This document shows positions 35,552-44,738 of a DNA stretch of 64,000 nucleotides, piece by piece (positions within the stretch are counted from its first letter, which is position 1; each line of letters starts with the position of its first letter). Position numbers and translations under genes: made by a program. The notes under the pieces are model-generated. The model did not search any database, was not told the origin of the DNA, and saw only the letters and a list, made by a program, of their open reading frames with translations. This DNA is from Bordetella parapertussis (GTDB lineage: Bacteria; Acidobacteriota; Terriglobia; Bryobacterales; Bryobacteraceae), in NCBI GenBank assembly GCA_943328975.2, contig CALQCC020000014.1, positions 15,445 through 79,444 of the forward strand. Direction: 5' to 3'.

Positions 35552-36604
35552 TTACGGAATAATGGCCGTCTTCATGTGGCCGTTATGACTCATCAAGTGC
35601 TGCATGACATCCAGCAAGTTGGTGAGGGGCTCCACACGGTTCACAAAATCCTTGGCCGTGACATAGCCTTGGCTGACTGCAGTCAGGGCTTTCAGGATGA
35701 GCTCCGGAGTGTGATGGAAACTGGCTCGCAGCGTCAGCTCGGAATAGTGCAGCTTGCTGGTATCGACTGGAACCTCGGTGCCCTCGGGGCATCCACCGAA
35801 GAAGTTGACCACGCCACCGCGCCGCAGAAGCTGGATCGCGAGCTGCCATACTTCCGGCAAACCCACGGCTTCAATCACGACATCGGCTCCACGGCCTCCG
35901 GTCAGATTGCGGACGGGCGTGATGACGTCCGCGCCTTCGTTGTTCAAGATCAATTCGTCGGCGCCCATGCCCGCCGCGCGATCCAACTGCGATTGGCGCC
36001 GGCCAATGGCAATCACGCGAGCCTTGTAAACGGCCTTCGCCATCCGGACAAACATCATTCCGATGGGACCCAGCCCGATGATCGCGATCGTATCCCCTGG
36101 CCGAATGCCGGTCTCTTCTAAACCACGCATTACGCAAGCGAGCGGTTCCACCAACGCGGCATCCTGATAGCTGACGTGCGTCGGAATTACGTGGGTGTTC
36201 TTTTCTACAATGCGCGCCGGGATACGAATGTACTCCGCGTACGCACCGTTATTGAAAAGTAGATCCTCGCAGAGATTTTCCTGGCCGCGCAGGCAGTAGA
36301 AACATTTGCTGCACGGAGCGGAGTTCGCCGCTACAACGCGCTGCCCAACTTGAAACTTCGTAACGCCCTCGCCCATCTGAACGATGTCGCCGGCCAATTC
36401 GTGTCCGAACAAAGCCGGCGGACGGATCATGCGAGCGTGGTAGCCGCGGCGAAATACCTTGACGTCCGTCCCACAAGTTAAGGCCGCGCGTACGCGTACT
36501 AACAGGTCGCCGGTGCCAATCTTTGGTACTGCAACGGATTCGATGCGGAGTTCTTCCTTACCGTAAAGAACGGCGGCCGCCATCTGATGGATCGCAAGGT
36601 TCAT
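35552..36604 (-). CDS. Zn-dependent medium-chain dehydrogenase/reductase (polyol/threonine-dehydrogenase-like), copy 2
   Basis: TCGTDVK...FGHELAG (catalytic Zn), CSKCFYCLRGQENLC (structural Zn), IIGLGPIG (Rossmann). Its ATGA start overlaps the stop of copy 1. Confidence 0.85.
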   Translation of the reverse strand: MNLAIHQMAAAVLYGKEELRIESVAVPKIGTGDLLVRVRAALTCGTDVKVFRRGYHARMIRPPALFGHELAGDIVQMGEGVTKFQVGQRVVAANSAPCSKCFYCLRGQENLCEDLLFNNGAYAEYIRIPARIVEKNTHVIPTHVSYQDAALVEPLACVMRGLEETGIRPGDTIAIIGLGPIGMMFVRMAKAVYKARVIAIGRRQSQLDRAAGMGADELILNNEGADVITPVRNLTGGRGADVVIEAVGLPEVWQLAIQLLRRGGVVNFFGGCPEGTEVPVDTSKLHYSELTLRASFHHTPELILKALTAVSQGYVTAKDFVNRVEPLTNLLDVMQHLMSHNGHMKTAIIP

Positions 36605-37707
36605 TGTTGGGGCAATACTACTATCTTTAACGATACCGCATCTGGATGCGAAGCGCGCTCTATCCCGTCACGAATCTGCCCCAGGGGGCAGCGGTGGGTG
36701 ATCAGCTCCTTGACCGGCAAGGCGCCGCTAAACACAAGATTCACTGACTCTTGTTGCAAATCGACCGATGCACTGTAGGATCCCAGCAGCGTCCTTTCGC
36801 CCACGCAAATGTCGGCTCCGGAGATCTCGATCCGCTCCTGCTGCGAAGTTTGGGCGAAGAGCAGGATACGCGCGCCGGGCCGGGAACAGGCTACGGCTTG
36901 CTCCACAATCCCTTTGGCAGAGGCGGCCACCAACACGATATCCGCGCCGCGGCCGTCAGTTATAGATCGAATATGTTGCACAAATGTTTCGTCCCGAGGG
37001 TCGAAAGAAGATTCCGCTCCGAAGTGTAACGCTAGCTCGCGTCGCGTCGCCATGGTGTCTGTAGCAACCACGCGTAGCTTTTCCAACTTGCCCATCATGG
37101 TAAAAATCATGCCGATGGGGCCCTGGCCTAAAACCGCGCACACCTCGCCGGGCTGCGGAGCCACGGCCCTCATCCCCTTGAGGCAGGTATTCACCGGCTC
37201 CACAAAGCTGGCTTGATCAAAAGAGACGCCGTCTGGAATCTTCTCCACGCCGCCTTCGACGATCCAATCCATGACGCGAACATATTGCGCGAACCCGCCA
37301 CCGGCGGGCTCAAATCCAGCGGTGACACCGACCTTCTTATAGACGGCGCACTGCGCGTACAGCTTATGCTCGCAGTAGAAACAAGTGCCACACGGAATGT
37401 GATGGAAGACGATGACGCGGTCGCCCGGCTGAAATTTCGTTACGCTTGCGCCGACGGCAGCTACGACGCCCGCCGTTTCGTGTCCGTAGATACGGGGCGG
37501 CGGCAATAAGTCGTATTCGATCTTTTTCAGGTCAGTGGGGCAAATGCCGCACGCCTCCACGCGGATCAAAATTTCTCCCGCGCCGATCTGCGGAACAGGA
37601 ACCTGCTCAACCCCGATGGCACCCTCGCCGCGATAGACCGCTGCGGCCATTGTTCCCGTGGCGGAAAACACCTCCGCCGTCTCCAAACTAGAATTCGCTG
37701 TCGGCAA
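36601..37707 (-). CDS. Zn-dependent medium-chain dehydrogenase/reductase (polyol/threonine-dehydrogenase-like), copy 1
   Basis: CGICPTDLK...YGHETAG, CGTCFYCEHKLYAQC, VLGQGPIG. An alternative start at 37650 (MAAAVYRG...) would remove the 20-nt overlap with hpnG. Confidence 0.85.
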   Translation of the reverse strand: MPTANSSLETAEVFSATGTMAAAVYRGEGAIGVEQVPVPQIGAGEILIRVEACGICPTDLKKIEYDLLPPPRIYGHETAGVVAAVGASVTKFQPGDRVIVFHHIPCGTCFYCEHKLYAQCAVYKKVGVTAGFEPAGGGFAQYVRVMDWIVEGGVEKIPDGVSFDQASFVEPVNTCLKGMRAVAPQPGEVCAVLGQGPIGMIFTMMGKLEKLRVVATDTMATRRELALHFGAESSFDPRDETFVQHIRSITDGRGADIVLVAASAKGIVEQAVACSRPGARILLFAQTSQQERIEISGADICVGERTLLGSYSASVDLQQESVNLVFSGALPVKELITHRCPLGQIRDGIERASHPDAVSLKIVVLPQQ

Positions 37708-38335
37708 AAAACGCTCCTAACTTTTCCGTGGCCAGTCGGCTATTGCGATCCAGTTGCATCAACTTCGGCAAAACCGTGAACGGCCGCACCAATCCCGCTA
37801 GAGCAATGCGGGTCAATTGAAAGCGCCCTTCCGCATCGCGATACCGATTAAAGTCCAATGGTAAATCTTCCCCGGCGGAATCCGAAACCACGCGCACGGC
37901 GCGGCACGGGACTCCCCATTCGTGAGCCTTAGCCTGCACGGCCGCGAACTCCATCTCTACAACCCGGGCGCCGGTCCGCTGCCACAGTTGCCGCTTCTCG
38001 TCTGCACGAACGGCAACCCGGTCTTCAGACCAAATCTCGCCCTCACCCGCTATGACAATATCACCAATCCGTAGTGCCGGATCAAGTGCGCCGCAAAAAC
38101 CAGTACTGATCACTTCCGTCACGTTCCAGTTGGGAATCACATTGGATGCGAGTGCTTTGTTCACCAACTTCGGTCCCGGCCCATTCGCAATCAGGATCGC
38201 CCGACGGCCGTGCAGCAAGACATCCCTTGCGTAGGCGATATCGGGACAATGCAGAGGGGTGCCTGGACCCACGCGTTTTATCAAACCCGCAAACTCGCGC
38301 TCTTCCGCCGCGACGATCAAGACGCTAGCAGGCAT
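37688..38335 (-). CDS. hpnG: Hopanoid-associated nucleosidase/phosphorylase (PNP_UDP family)
   Basis: The ATG at 38335 (AAGGG RBS) gives MPASVLIVAAEEREFAGL...STGFCGAL...VVEMEFAAV, the MTA/SAH-nucleosidase-like fold. Its context between hpnA and hpnH fits. The Arg-rich N-terminal extension in the track ORF is rejected. Confidence 0.8.
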   Translation of the reverse strand: MPASVLIVAAEEREFAGLIKRVGPGTPLHCPDIAYARDVLLHGRRAILIANGPGPKLVNKALASNVIPNWNVTEVISTGFCGALDPALRIGDIVIAGEGEIWSEDRVAVRADEKRQLWQRTGARVVEMEFAAVQAKAHEWGVPCRAVRVVSDSAGEDLPLDFNRYRDAEGRFQLTRIALAGLVRPFTVLPKLMQLDRNSRLATEKLGAFFADSEF

Positions 38336-38466
38336 TCTTACCCTTTGTGGCGCACGCACTCGTGCGTGCCGTGTCGCCACTCTTGGCGACACCTTGCCAC
38401 GATCGTCCACAGGCCTCGAGAGGAGTCTCGACGCGGCACGCGTAGGCGCGTGCGCCAAGTCCACGC

Positions 38467-39444
38467 TTAGCAGTAGCCATTCGCCTTAAACCATTCCACG
38501 GCACGAGCCAACGCCGCTGCAGCCGGACCTGGAGTGTATCCCAACTCCCGAGCCGCCTTGTCGTGCCGCACCCACATCTTCTTGCGCGCCATCTTCACGC
38601 CGTCCAGCGGAGCGCGCGGTTCCTGCCCTGACACATTCGCCCACGCCGTGGATACAACGCCCGCCGCATACGCTACCGCATATGGAATCTGCACCGAAGG
38701 CGGCTTGCGCCCAGCCACGGGACCCAGCGCCTCAAAGATCTGCCGCAGCGTGAGGTTTTCCGCGCCCAGTATATAGCGCTCCCCGACGCGTCCGCGCTCG
38801 CACGCAGCCAAGTGCCCCTGCGCGACGTCGCGAACATCCACGACGTTGAGCCCCGTATCGAGATACGCCGGCATCGCACCGCGCACGAAGTCGACGATAA
38901 TCTTTCCGGTCGGCGTCGGCTTAAAATCGTGATCGCCCACGGGAGCCGTCGGGTTCACGATCACGACTGGAAATCCTTCGCGCGCGAATTCCAACGCGAC
39001 ATGTTCGGCCAGCAGCTTCGATTCTTTGTACGGCCCCTGCATGTCGGCCCGTTGCGCCACCATGGTTTCATCGCCGATGCCGCCCTGCGGAACCGCAATG
39101 CATCCCACCGTGGACGTGTAGACGAATCGTTCCACCCCGGCCCGCCGAGCCGCGTCGAGCATCGCCCGCGTGCCGTCCACGTTTGAACGGTGCATTTCCT
39201 GCGGATCGCGCGTCCACAACCGATAGTCGGCCGCCACGTGATAGACGGTCGAGCAGCCTGCTACAGCGCGCTGTAAAGATGCGGGATCGCGCAAGTCTCC
39301 CTGGATAGGCTCGACGCCTTCTAGTTCGCGTAGAGCCGCGGGATTGCGTGCCAAGGCACGCACGGATTGTCCGCGATCCAGCAAGGCACGCGCGACATGC
39401 CAGCCGACAAATCCGGTCGCGCCGGTCACTAATGCCGGTTTCAC
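38467..39444 (-). CDS. hpnA: Hopanoid-associated NAD-dependent sugar epimerase/dehydratase-family protein
   Basis: MKPALVTGATGFVGWHVARALLDRGQSVRAL (GxxGxxG) plus the SDR-extended Y..SK motif (PYKESK). Context fits. Confidence 0.85.
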   Translation of the reverse strand: MKPALVTGATGFVGWHVARALLDRGQSVRALARNPAALRELEGVEPIQGDLRDPASLQRAVAGCSTVYHVAADYRLWTRDPQEMHRSNVDGTRAMLDAARRAGVERFVYTSTVGCIAVPQGGIGDETMVAQRADMQGPYKESKLLAEHVALEFAREGFPVVIVNPTAPVGDHDFKPTPTGKIIVDFVRGAMPAYLDTGLNVVDVRDVAQGHLAACERGRVGERYILGAENLTLRQIFEALGPVAGRKPPSVQIPYAVAYAAGVVSTAWANVSGQEPRAPLDGVKMARKKMWVRHDKAARELGYTPGPAAAALARAVEWFKANGYC

Positions 39445-39453
39445 GTTTGGATG

Positions 39454-40569
39454 TTAGCTGATGAGCCAGCTCAGCGTCTTGAACGAATCACTGAACTTCG
39501 CGTTGACGCCGTATGCAGCCGACGGTTCATAGCCGCAGTGCACCATGCATTGTTCGCAACGAGGATCATTGCCGTGACCGTAGTTTTCCCACGGGGTCTT
39601 GGTCATCAAGTCCTCGAAGGTATTGTAGTGGCCGTCCGTGATCAAGTAGCACGGGCCTTTCCAGCCTTTGACGTTATAGGTCGGATTGCCCCATGCGGTG
39701 CAAGGCAGCTCGCGCTCGCCCTTCAAGAAATCCTGATACACAGGAGAAGAGACCAACGGGAAGCGCTTGGAGAATTTCTCAATGTCCTTGAACTTCTCAT
39801 GGATGTCTTCGCGCGTCATGAACAGTTCCTGATCGTTCACTGACGAATATCCGTAGGCGGGAGAGACCGTGTGTCCGTCGACGCCCAACGTTTCCAGCAG
39901 TTCAAACATCGCCCAGATTTCCTTCATGTCCGTCTCGCGATAGACAGTGGTGTTGGTGAACACGCGGAAACCTTTCGACTTGGCATACTTGATGCCTTCG
40001 ATCGCAGTCTTGAAGACGCCTTCGCGTTCCACTGCCAGATCGTGACTCTTTTCCAGACCATCCAGATGAACGTTGAAGACCAAGCCCGGATCTGGCTTGT
40101 ACGCGTCCAGCTTCTTGGTCAGGAACATACCGTTGGTGCACAGCTGAATGTAGCGGCCGCGCTTCAGGATCTCCGATACCAGTTGCGGAAGTTCGGGGTA
40201 GAGGAACGGCTCGCCGCCGCAAATCGAAATCATCGGCGCGCCGCATTCGTCCACTGCGACCAAGCATTGGTCCAGCGTCAAACGGCTACTGATCGACGTT
40301 TCGTATTCGCGAATGCGGCCGCATCCCGTGCAGGTCAAATTGCAGGCGTGGAGCGGCTCCAGCATCATGACCAGCGGGAAGCGCTTGTTGATCATCGGGT
40401 GCGGCTTGCGCTGAGCACCCGCGGACGGAATCTGCGTGTGCACGATGCGAAACGGATTCTTCGCGTCTTCCACTGCGGCCAGGTTCTGCTGCCATTCCGG
40501 TTTCGGTCGCAGCTTGTTCTTGGCGATGTAGGTGGCCATGCTGGCCGCCTGTGTGAGCGGAAATCTCAT
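39454..40569 (-). CDS. hpnH: Adenosylhopane synthase (radical SAM)
   Basis: RFPLVMMLEPLHACNLTCTGCGRI (CxxxCxxC) and the HpnH-typical N-terminus ...YIAKNKLRP. The ATGA overlaps the shc stop. Confidence 0.9.
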   Translation of the reverse strand: MRFPLTQAASMATYIAKNKLRPKPEWQQNLAAVEDAKNPFRIVHTQIPSAGAQRKPHPMINKRFPLVMMLEPLHACNLTCTGCGRIREYETSISSRLTLDQCLVAVDECGAPMISICGGEPFLYPELPQLVSEILKRGRYIQLCTNGMFLTKKLDAYKPDPGLVFNVHLDGLEKSHDLAVEREGVFKTAIEGIKYAKSKGFRVFTNTTVYRETDMKEIWAMFELLETLGVDGHTVSPAYGYSSVNDQELFMTREDIHEKFKDIEKFSKRFPLVSSPVYQDFLKGERELPCTAWGNPTYNVKGWKGPCYLITDGHYNTFEDLMTKTPWENYGHGNDPRCEQCMVHCGYEPSAAYGVNAKFSDSFKTLSWLIS

Positions 40570-42512
40570 TGCGTTGCTCCCTTTGCCTTCCGGTAAGTGG
40601 CTAACGCCAACACCGGGAACGAATTTCGATAGAGGTGATACTGCAAGTAGAACACTTGGGGGAATCCGGTGCCGGTGGACAAGTCTTCGTCCCAGCCTCC
40701 GTCCGCCCTTTGTGTTTTCACCAAATACTCAATGCCTTTGTGCAGACTGCTCGACGTCGTGTCCCCACCCGCGATCAAACCCAACACGGCCCACGCGGTT
40801 TGCGATGGCGTGGAGTGATCCGGCGTGTAAGTATTGTTTGCGTAGCTGGCGCAACTTTCGCCCCAGCCGCCGTCGGCATTCTGGATGGCGCGCAGCCACT
40901 CGCCGGCGCGCAGGATATGCGCCTCGCGATCATCCTCGCCCGACGCGCGCAATCCACGCAACGCCAGATACGTCCCGTAAATGTAGTCGACGCCCCAGCG
41001 TCCATACCAACTGCCGTCGGCTTCCACGGTCTTGCGTAGGAACTCCACGCCGCGCTGCACAGCCGGATGCGAGTTCGGGATGCCGCAGGCCGCCAAGGCC
41101 TCCAGAACGCGTCCCGTGATGTCCGGGCAGGTGGGATCGAGCATCGCGTTGTGGTCGGCGAACGGAACGGAGCTCAAAAAATCCCAGTTGTTGTCGACGT
41201 CGAAAGCGGCCCAACCGCCATCGGAGCCCTGCATCGCGAGCAGCCACTTCACGGCGCGATCCATGCACGCCTTCTGCGCCGCGGCATTCGTAGCCTTGGC
41301 GTGCGCTAAACCCAGCAACACTTGCGCGGTGTCGTCGATGTCGGGATAAAACTCGTTCGCGAATTCAAAATACCAGCCCGAGGGTTCCACGTCAGGACGC
41401 TTGATGCTCCAGTCGCCCTTACTGCGCACTTCCTTTGTCAGCAACCAGTCCGCAGTTTGCTGCAGCGCCGCGGTATTGCTCCCGGCTTCGCCCAACGCAT
41501 GCGCCGCGATCGCGGTATCCCATACCGGCGAGAAACACGGCATGAAGAAAAACTTCTTGTGCCCAGGTTCGTGATCCAAGCCGACGCGATCCACCATCAG
41601 CCGCATAAATTGGTTGGTGGCTTCCACAACATCCGGATGATCCTTCGGGTATCCCAACACATCCAGCGCCATGATGACGTACATCATGGAGGGATAGATC
41701 GCGGCCAGACCCTCGGAGTGCTTGGTGCGTTCCAACATCCACTGCTCGGCGCGCCGGATCGCCTGCGTGCGCAGGCTGCGCGACCCATAGCGTTCCCAGA
41801 ACTTACCCAGCTTGTCGGCCTTGAGAAAGAAGTTGCGCCAGCTCCAGAAGCCCTCGTTGTTCGGGAAGTCCATCGGGACTCCGGGGATGAACAACTCCTG
41901 AATGCTGAAGCCCGCAGGCACAGGCCGCTGGGGATTTGCCGCGTGCAGGATCGACAGAGGAATCACGATGGCGCGCGACCACGATGAGATTTCGTAAATA
42001 AGTTTGCCGAGCAACATCGCTTCGGGCGGCACCGTGGGCGTGAACTCCCGCGGATACATACCGAACAAACTCAAGTTGACCTTGACGTAGCTGTTGGCCG
42101 CCTGAATGCCGCCCAGCGCGATAATCCGCTCCCGCAGCCGAACCAAGTTCGGATCTTCAACGGGGATACCAGCCAGCTTCAGAGCCACGTACGCTTTCGT
42201 GCTCGCGCTGATTTCGCTGGGACCTTTTTCGTAAATGCTGAACCCGCCGTCGGGCAACTGCCGCGCGAGAATCGACTGAGCGGCCTTTTCAATGAGCCCG
42301 CGCGAGGGGGGATTCCAGGGGCCGGTCTTGGGTGGCGTGTGCCGCCACAATTCCAGCAGGATAAAGTCCGATTCCAGCGTGGTGTCCGCCGTAAGATCGC
42401 CCCACCAGAAACCTTCCGTCGAACGGAGACTCAACAAATAGTCAGACGCGCGCCCCATCGCCTGGGTGGAGGCAGTCAAAAGCGCGTCGGCTACTTGGAG
42501 TCGAGGACTCAT
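40566..42512 (-). CDS. shc: Squalene-hopene cyclase
   Basis: 648 aa. Catalytic DIDDTAQ (DxDDTA) motif and multiple QW repeats (DGGW..., ADGGWGE). Confidence 0.95.
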   Translation of the reverse strand: MSPRLQVADALLTASTQAMGRASDYLLSLRSTEGFWWGDLTADTTLESDFILLELWRHTPPKTGPWNPPSRGLIEKAAQSILARQLPDGGFSIYEKGPSEISASTKAYVALKLAGIPVEDPNLVRLRERIIALGGIQAANSYVKVNLSLFGMYPREFTPTVPPEAMLLGKLIYEISSWSRAIVIPLSILHAANPQRPVPAGFSIQELFIPGVPMDFPNNEGFWSWRNFFLKADKLGKFWERYGSRSLRTQAIRRAEQWMLERTKHSEGLAAIYPSMMYVIMALDVLGYPKDHPDVVEATNQFMRLMVDRVGLDHEPGHKKFFFMPCFSPVWDTAIAAHALGEAGSNTAALQQTADWLLTKEVRSKGDWSIKRPDVEPSGWYFEFANEFYPDIDDTAQVLLGLAHAKATNAAAQKACMDRAVKWLLAMQGSDGGWAAFDVDNNWDFLSSVPFADHNAMLDPTCPDITGRVLEALAACGIPNSHPAVQRGVEFLRKTVEADGSWYGRWGVDYIYGTYLALRGLRASGEDDREAHILRAGEWLRAIQNADGGWGESCASYANNTYTPDHSTPSQTAWAVLGLIAGGDTTSSSLHKGIEYLVKTQRADGGWDEDLSTGTGFPQVFYLQYHLYRNSFPVLALATYRKAKGATQ

Positions 42513-43489
42513 ACGCGAGCGGCTTGCGGCGATGCTGTAACGCGCACCAACTCCGCCGGCAAGTTGAAGCGTACGTCCTCTTCCTTTACTTCCATTTCTT
42601 CAAGGGTAGTGTAGCCGCGTTCCTGCAGGGATGCGACTAGCGCCTCTACAAGATTCTCTGGAGCCGACGCGCCAGCAGTCACCGCGACTGTGTTGACGTT
42701 CTCCAGCCATTCGGACTTCACTTCGCTCAGGTCGTCGATCAGATACGAAGGCACGCCCAATTGCTCGCACACTTCCACCAGTCGCCGCGAATTCGAACTG
42801 TTCTGCGAACCCACCACCAACAGGGTCTCGCATAGCGGGGCCACAGCCTTCACCGCCACCTGACGATTTTCCGTGGCGTAACAAATATCCTGCGCCGCTG
42901 GACCTTCAATCTTCGGGAATTTTTCTTTGAGGCGCGCTACGATGTCGCGCGTTTCATCCAGGCTGAGGGTAGTCTGCGTAATGTATCCGACGCGCGACGG
43001 ATCGCTTACTTCCAGGTGCTCCACGTCGTCCACGGTGGAGACGAGTGCCGTGGCTTCCGGTGCTTCGCCCAAGGTGCCGATGACTTCTTCGTGATCTTTG
43101 TGTCCGATCAGGACGATGGTGTAGCCCTGCCTGGCAAACTTCTTGGCTTCCAAGTGGACCTTGGTCACCAGCGGACAAGTTGCGTCGATCACCCGCAGCT
43201 TGCGTTCTTTGGCTTCTTCGCGAACCGAGGGAGCCACTCCATGGGCGCTAAAAATTGCGCGCTCACCGATCGGAACCTCGCTCAATTCCTCGACGAAGAT
43301 GGCTCCAGCCGCGCGAAGTTCTTCCACTACGTGACGGTTATGGACGATCTCCCGGCGGACATAAATTGGCGCCCCGTAAGCACTTAGCGCGATCTTAACA
43401 ACGTCGATCGCCCTTACTACGCCGGCGCAAAAGCCTCGCGGCCTCAGCAGAATGATCTTTTTGGATGCGGAGGCGGCTACGGTGGGCAT
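42509..43489 (-). CDS. ispH: 4-hydroxy-3-methylbut-2-enyl diphosphate reductase
   Basis: RPRGFCAGVVRAIDVV, ...SAHGV..., ATCPLVTKVH and SSNSNRL are classic IspH/LytB blocks. The stop overlaps the shc start. Confidence 0.9.
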   Translation of the reverse strand: MPTVAASASKKIILLRPRGFCAGVVRAIDVVKIALSAYGAPIYVRREIVHNRHVVEELRAAGAIFVEELSEVPIGERAIFSAHGVAPSVREEAKERKLRVIDATCPLVTKVHLEAKKFARQGYTIVLIGHKDHEEVIGTLGEAPEATALVSTVDDVEHLEVSDPSRVGYITQTTLSLDETRDIVARLKEKFPKIEGPAAQDICYATENRQVAVKAVAPLCETLLVVGSQNSSNSRRLVEVCEQLGVPSYLIDDLSEVKSEWLENVNTVAVTAGASAPENLVEALVASLQERGYTTLEEMEVKEEDVRFNLPAELVRVTASPQAARV

Positions 43490-43500
43490 AATGCCCTCCC

Positions 43501-43506
43501 ATTATA
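43501..43506 (-). promoter_or_regulatory. Possible -10 box (TATAAT) just upstream of ispH
   Basis: The minus strand reads ...GGGCTGTTATAATGGGAGGGCATTATG, a perfect TATAAT 11 nt before the ATG with GGGAGGG between. The -35 is poor (TTCCAG at 14-nt spacing), so this is weak. Confidence 0.25.
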
Positions 43507-43558
43507 ACAGCCCAGCCAGTCTGGAAGGACCCTCCGCAGTAGATGGTGCGCCCGTGGC

Positions 43559-44221
43559 CTAGTGCGAAGTTAAGTCCCTCTGAATCGCGTATTTGACTAA
43601 GCCTGCCACGTCGTGAATATCGAGCTTCCGCATCAGACTCGCGCGGTACGTATCGACCGTCTTCGGGCTCAGTTCCAGCCGGGCGGCGATCTCCTTCGCT
43701 CGAACGCCTTCCACCAGGAACGAGAAGACTTGGTATTCGCGCGCGCTCAGTGCGTCGATCGGGTCTTCGGGCGAGGTCTTCGGATTGGACGCGAAAATCT
43801 TGCTCAGTTCCAGTTGCGGCGAGACGTAAACGCTCCCGTCCAGCACCTGCTCGAACGCCTCCAACATCTGCGAGGCAGGCGCGGATTTCAGCAGAAACCC
43901 GCTTACGCCGCAGCGTAGCGCCTCCACCACTGTTTTCCGGTCGCGGCGCGTGGAAAGCACCAGGATCTTGGTCTTGAGCCCGGCGGCTCGCACACGCTTG
44001 ACGATTTCCAGCGTGAACAAATCGACCAGATTCAAGTCCAATACCGCCAGATCTGGCTGATGGCTCTCTATCATCCGCAACGCGGCTACGCCTTCGGAAA
44101 ATTGACCGACGACTTTGTAGTTCAACGTCGCGTTACACAGCGCGGCCAAACCTTCCCTGACCAGCGTCAGATCGTCGGCGAGTAAGACTGAATAAGTTTT
44201 AGGCTCTCGGATAGGGACCAT
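43559..44221 (-). CDS. NarL/FixJ (LuxR-type HTH) response regulator
   Basis: REC domain (VLLADDLTLVREGL...DLAVLDLNL...KILVLS) plus the C-terminal LuxR HTH (LSAREYQVFSFLVEGVRAKEIAARLELSPKTVDTYR). Confidence 0.9.
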   Translation of the reverse strand: MVPIREPKTYSVLLADDLTLVREGLAALCNATLNYKVVGQFSEGVAALRMIESHQPDLAVLDLNLVDLFTLEIVKRVRAAGLKTKILVLSTRRDRKTVVEALRCGVSGFLLKSAPASQMLEAFEQVLDGSVYVSPQLELSKIFASNPKTSPEDPIDALSAREYQVFSFLVEGVRAKEIAARLELSPKTVDTYRASLMRKLDIHDVAGLVKYAIQRDLTSH

Positions 44222-44328
44222 AGTGGGGCACCGGATGAGGCCGGGTTCCAGTTTTCGCCTAGGGCAAAAACCTTAACTCGGTAACTCGTCCCACTGTAGA
44301 GTGAGCCTAAGGGGCGGGAATTCTCTGT

Positions 44329-44361
44329 AAATTATAAAGGCGGGCCGATCCGCGGCCCGCC
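44329..44361 (-). terminator. Intrinsic terminator after the STAS gene
   Basis: The minus strand reads GGCGGGCC-GCGGATC-GGCCCGCC followed by TTTATAATTT, about 20 nt after the stop at 44382. Confidence 0.6.
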
Positions 44362-44381
44362 CCAGTACCTTACGACCGAAC

Positions 44382-44726
44382 TTAGTTAAAGCTACGAACG
44401 CCGTGGGCTTCGTCGTCGAACACTTCAAAGACCGTATAGAGCTTTGTGATCTGTAACAGATCTTTCACCCGTTTGGTCAGGTTCAACAACTTCACTTGGC
44501 CGCCCTGATTGGTAACCGTCGTGAAACCGGAAACCATTTCGCCGATGCCGGAGCTATCGATGTAGCTCACTTCGGCCAAATTGAGGAGCAATTTCTTGTT
44601 GCCTCCATTGGCCAGATCTCGAATGGTGTCGCGGAACGTAGTCGCCCCGTCGCCCAATGTGATCCGTCCCACAGCATCGACAACCGTTACATCACCCACC
44701 TGGCGGGTGGTCAGTTTTACACTCAC
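44382..44726 (-). CDS. STAS-domain anti-sigma-factor antagonist (SpoIIAA/RsbV-like)
   Basis: 114 aa. LLLNLAEVSYIDSSGIGEMV carries the conserved phosphorylatable Ser context. Confidence 0.9.
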   Translation of the reverse strand: MSVKLTTRQVGDVTVVDAVGRITLGDGATTFRDTIRDLANGGNKKLLLNLAEVSYIDSSGIGEMVSGFTTVTNQGGQVKLLNLTKRVKDLLQITKLYTVFEVFDDEAHGVRSFN

Positions 44727-44738
44727 AGTACGCCTCCT

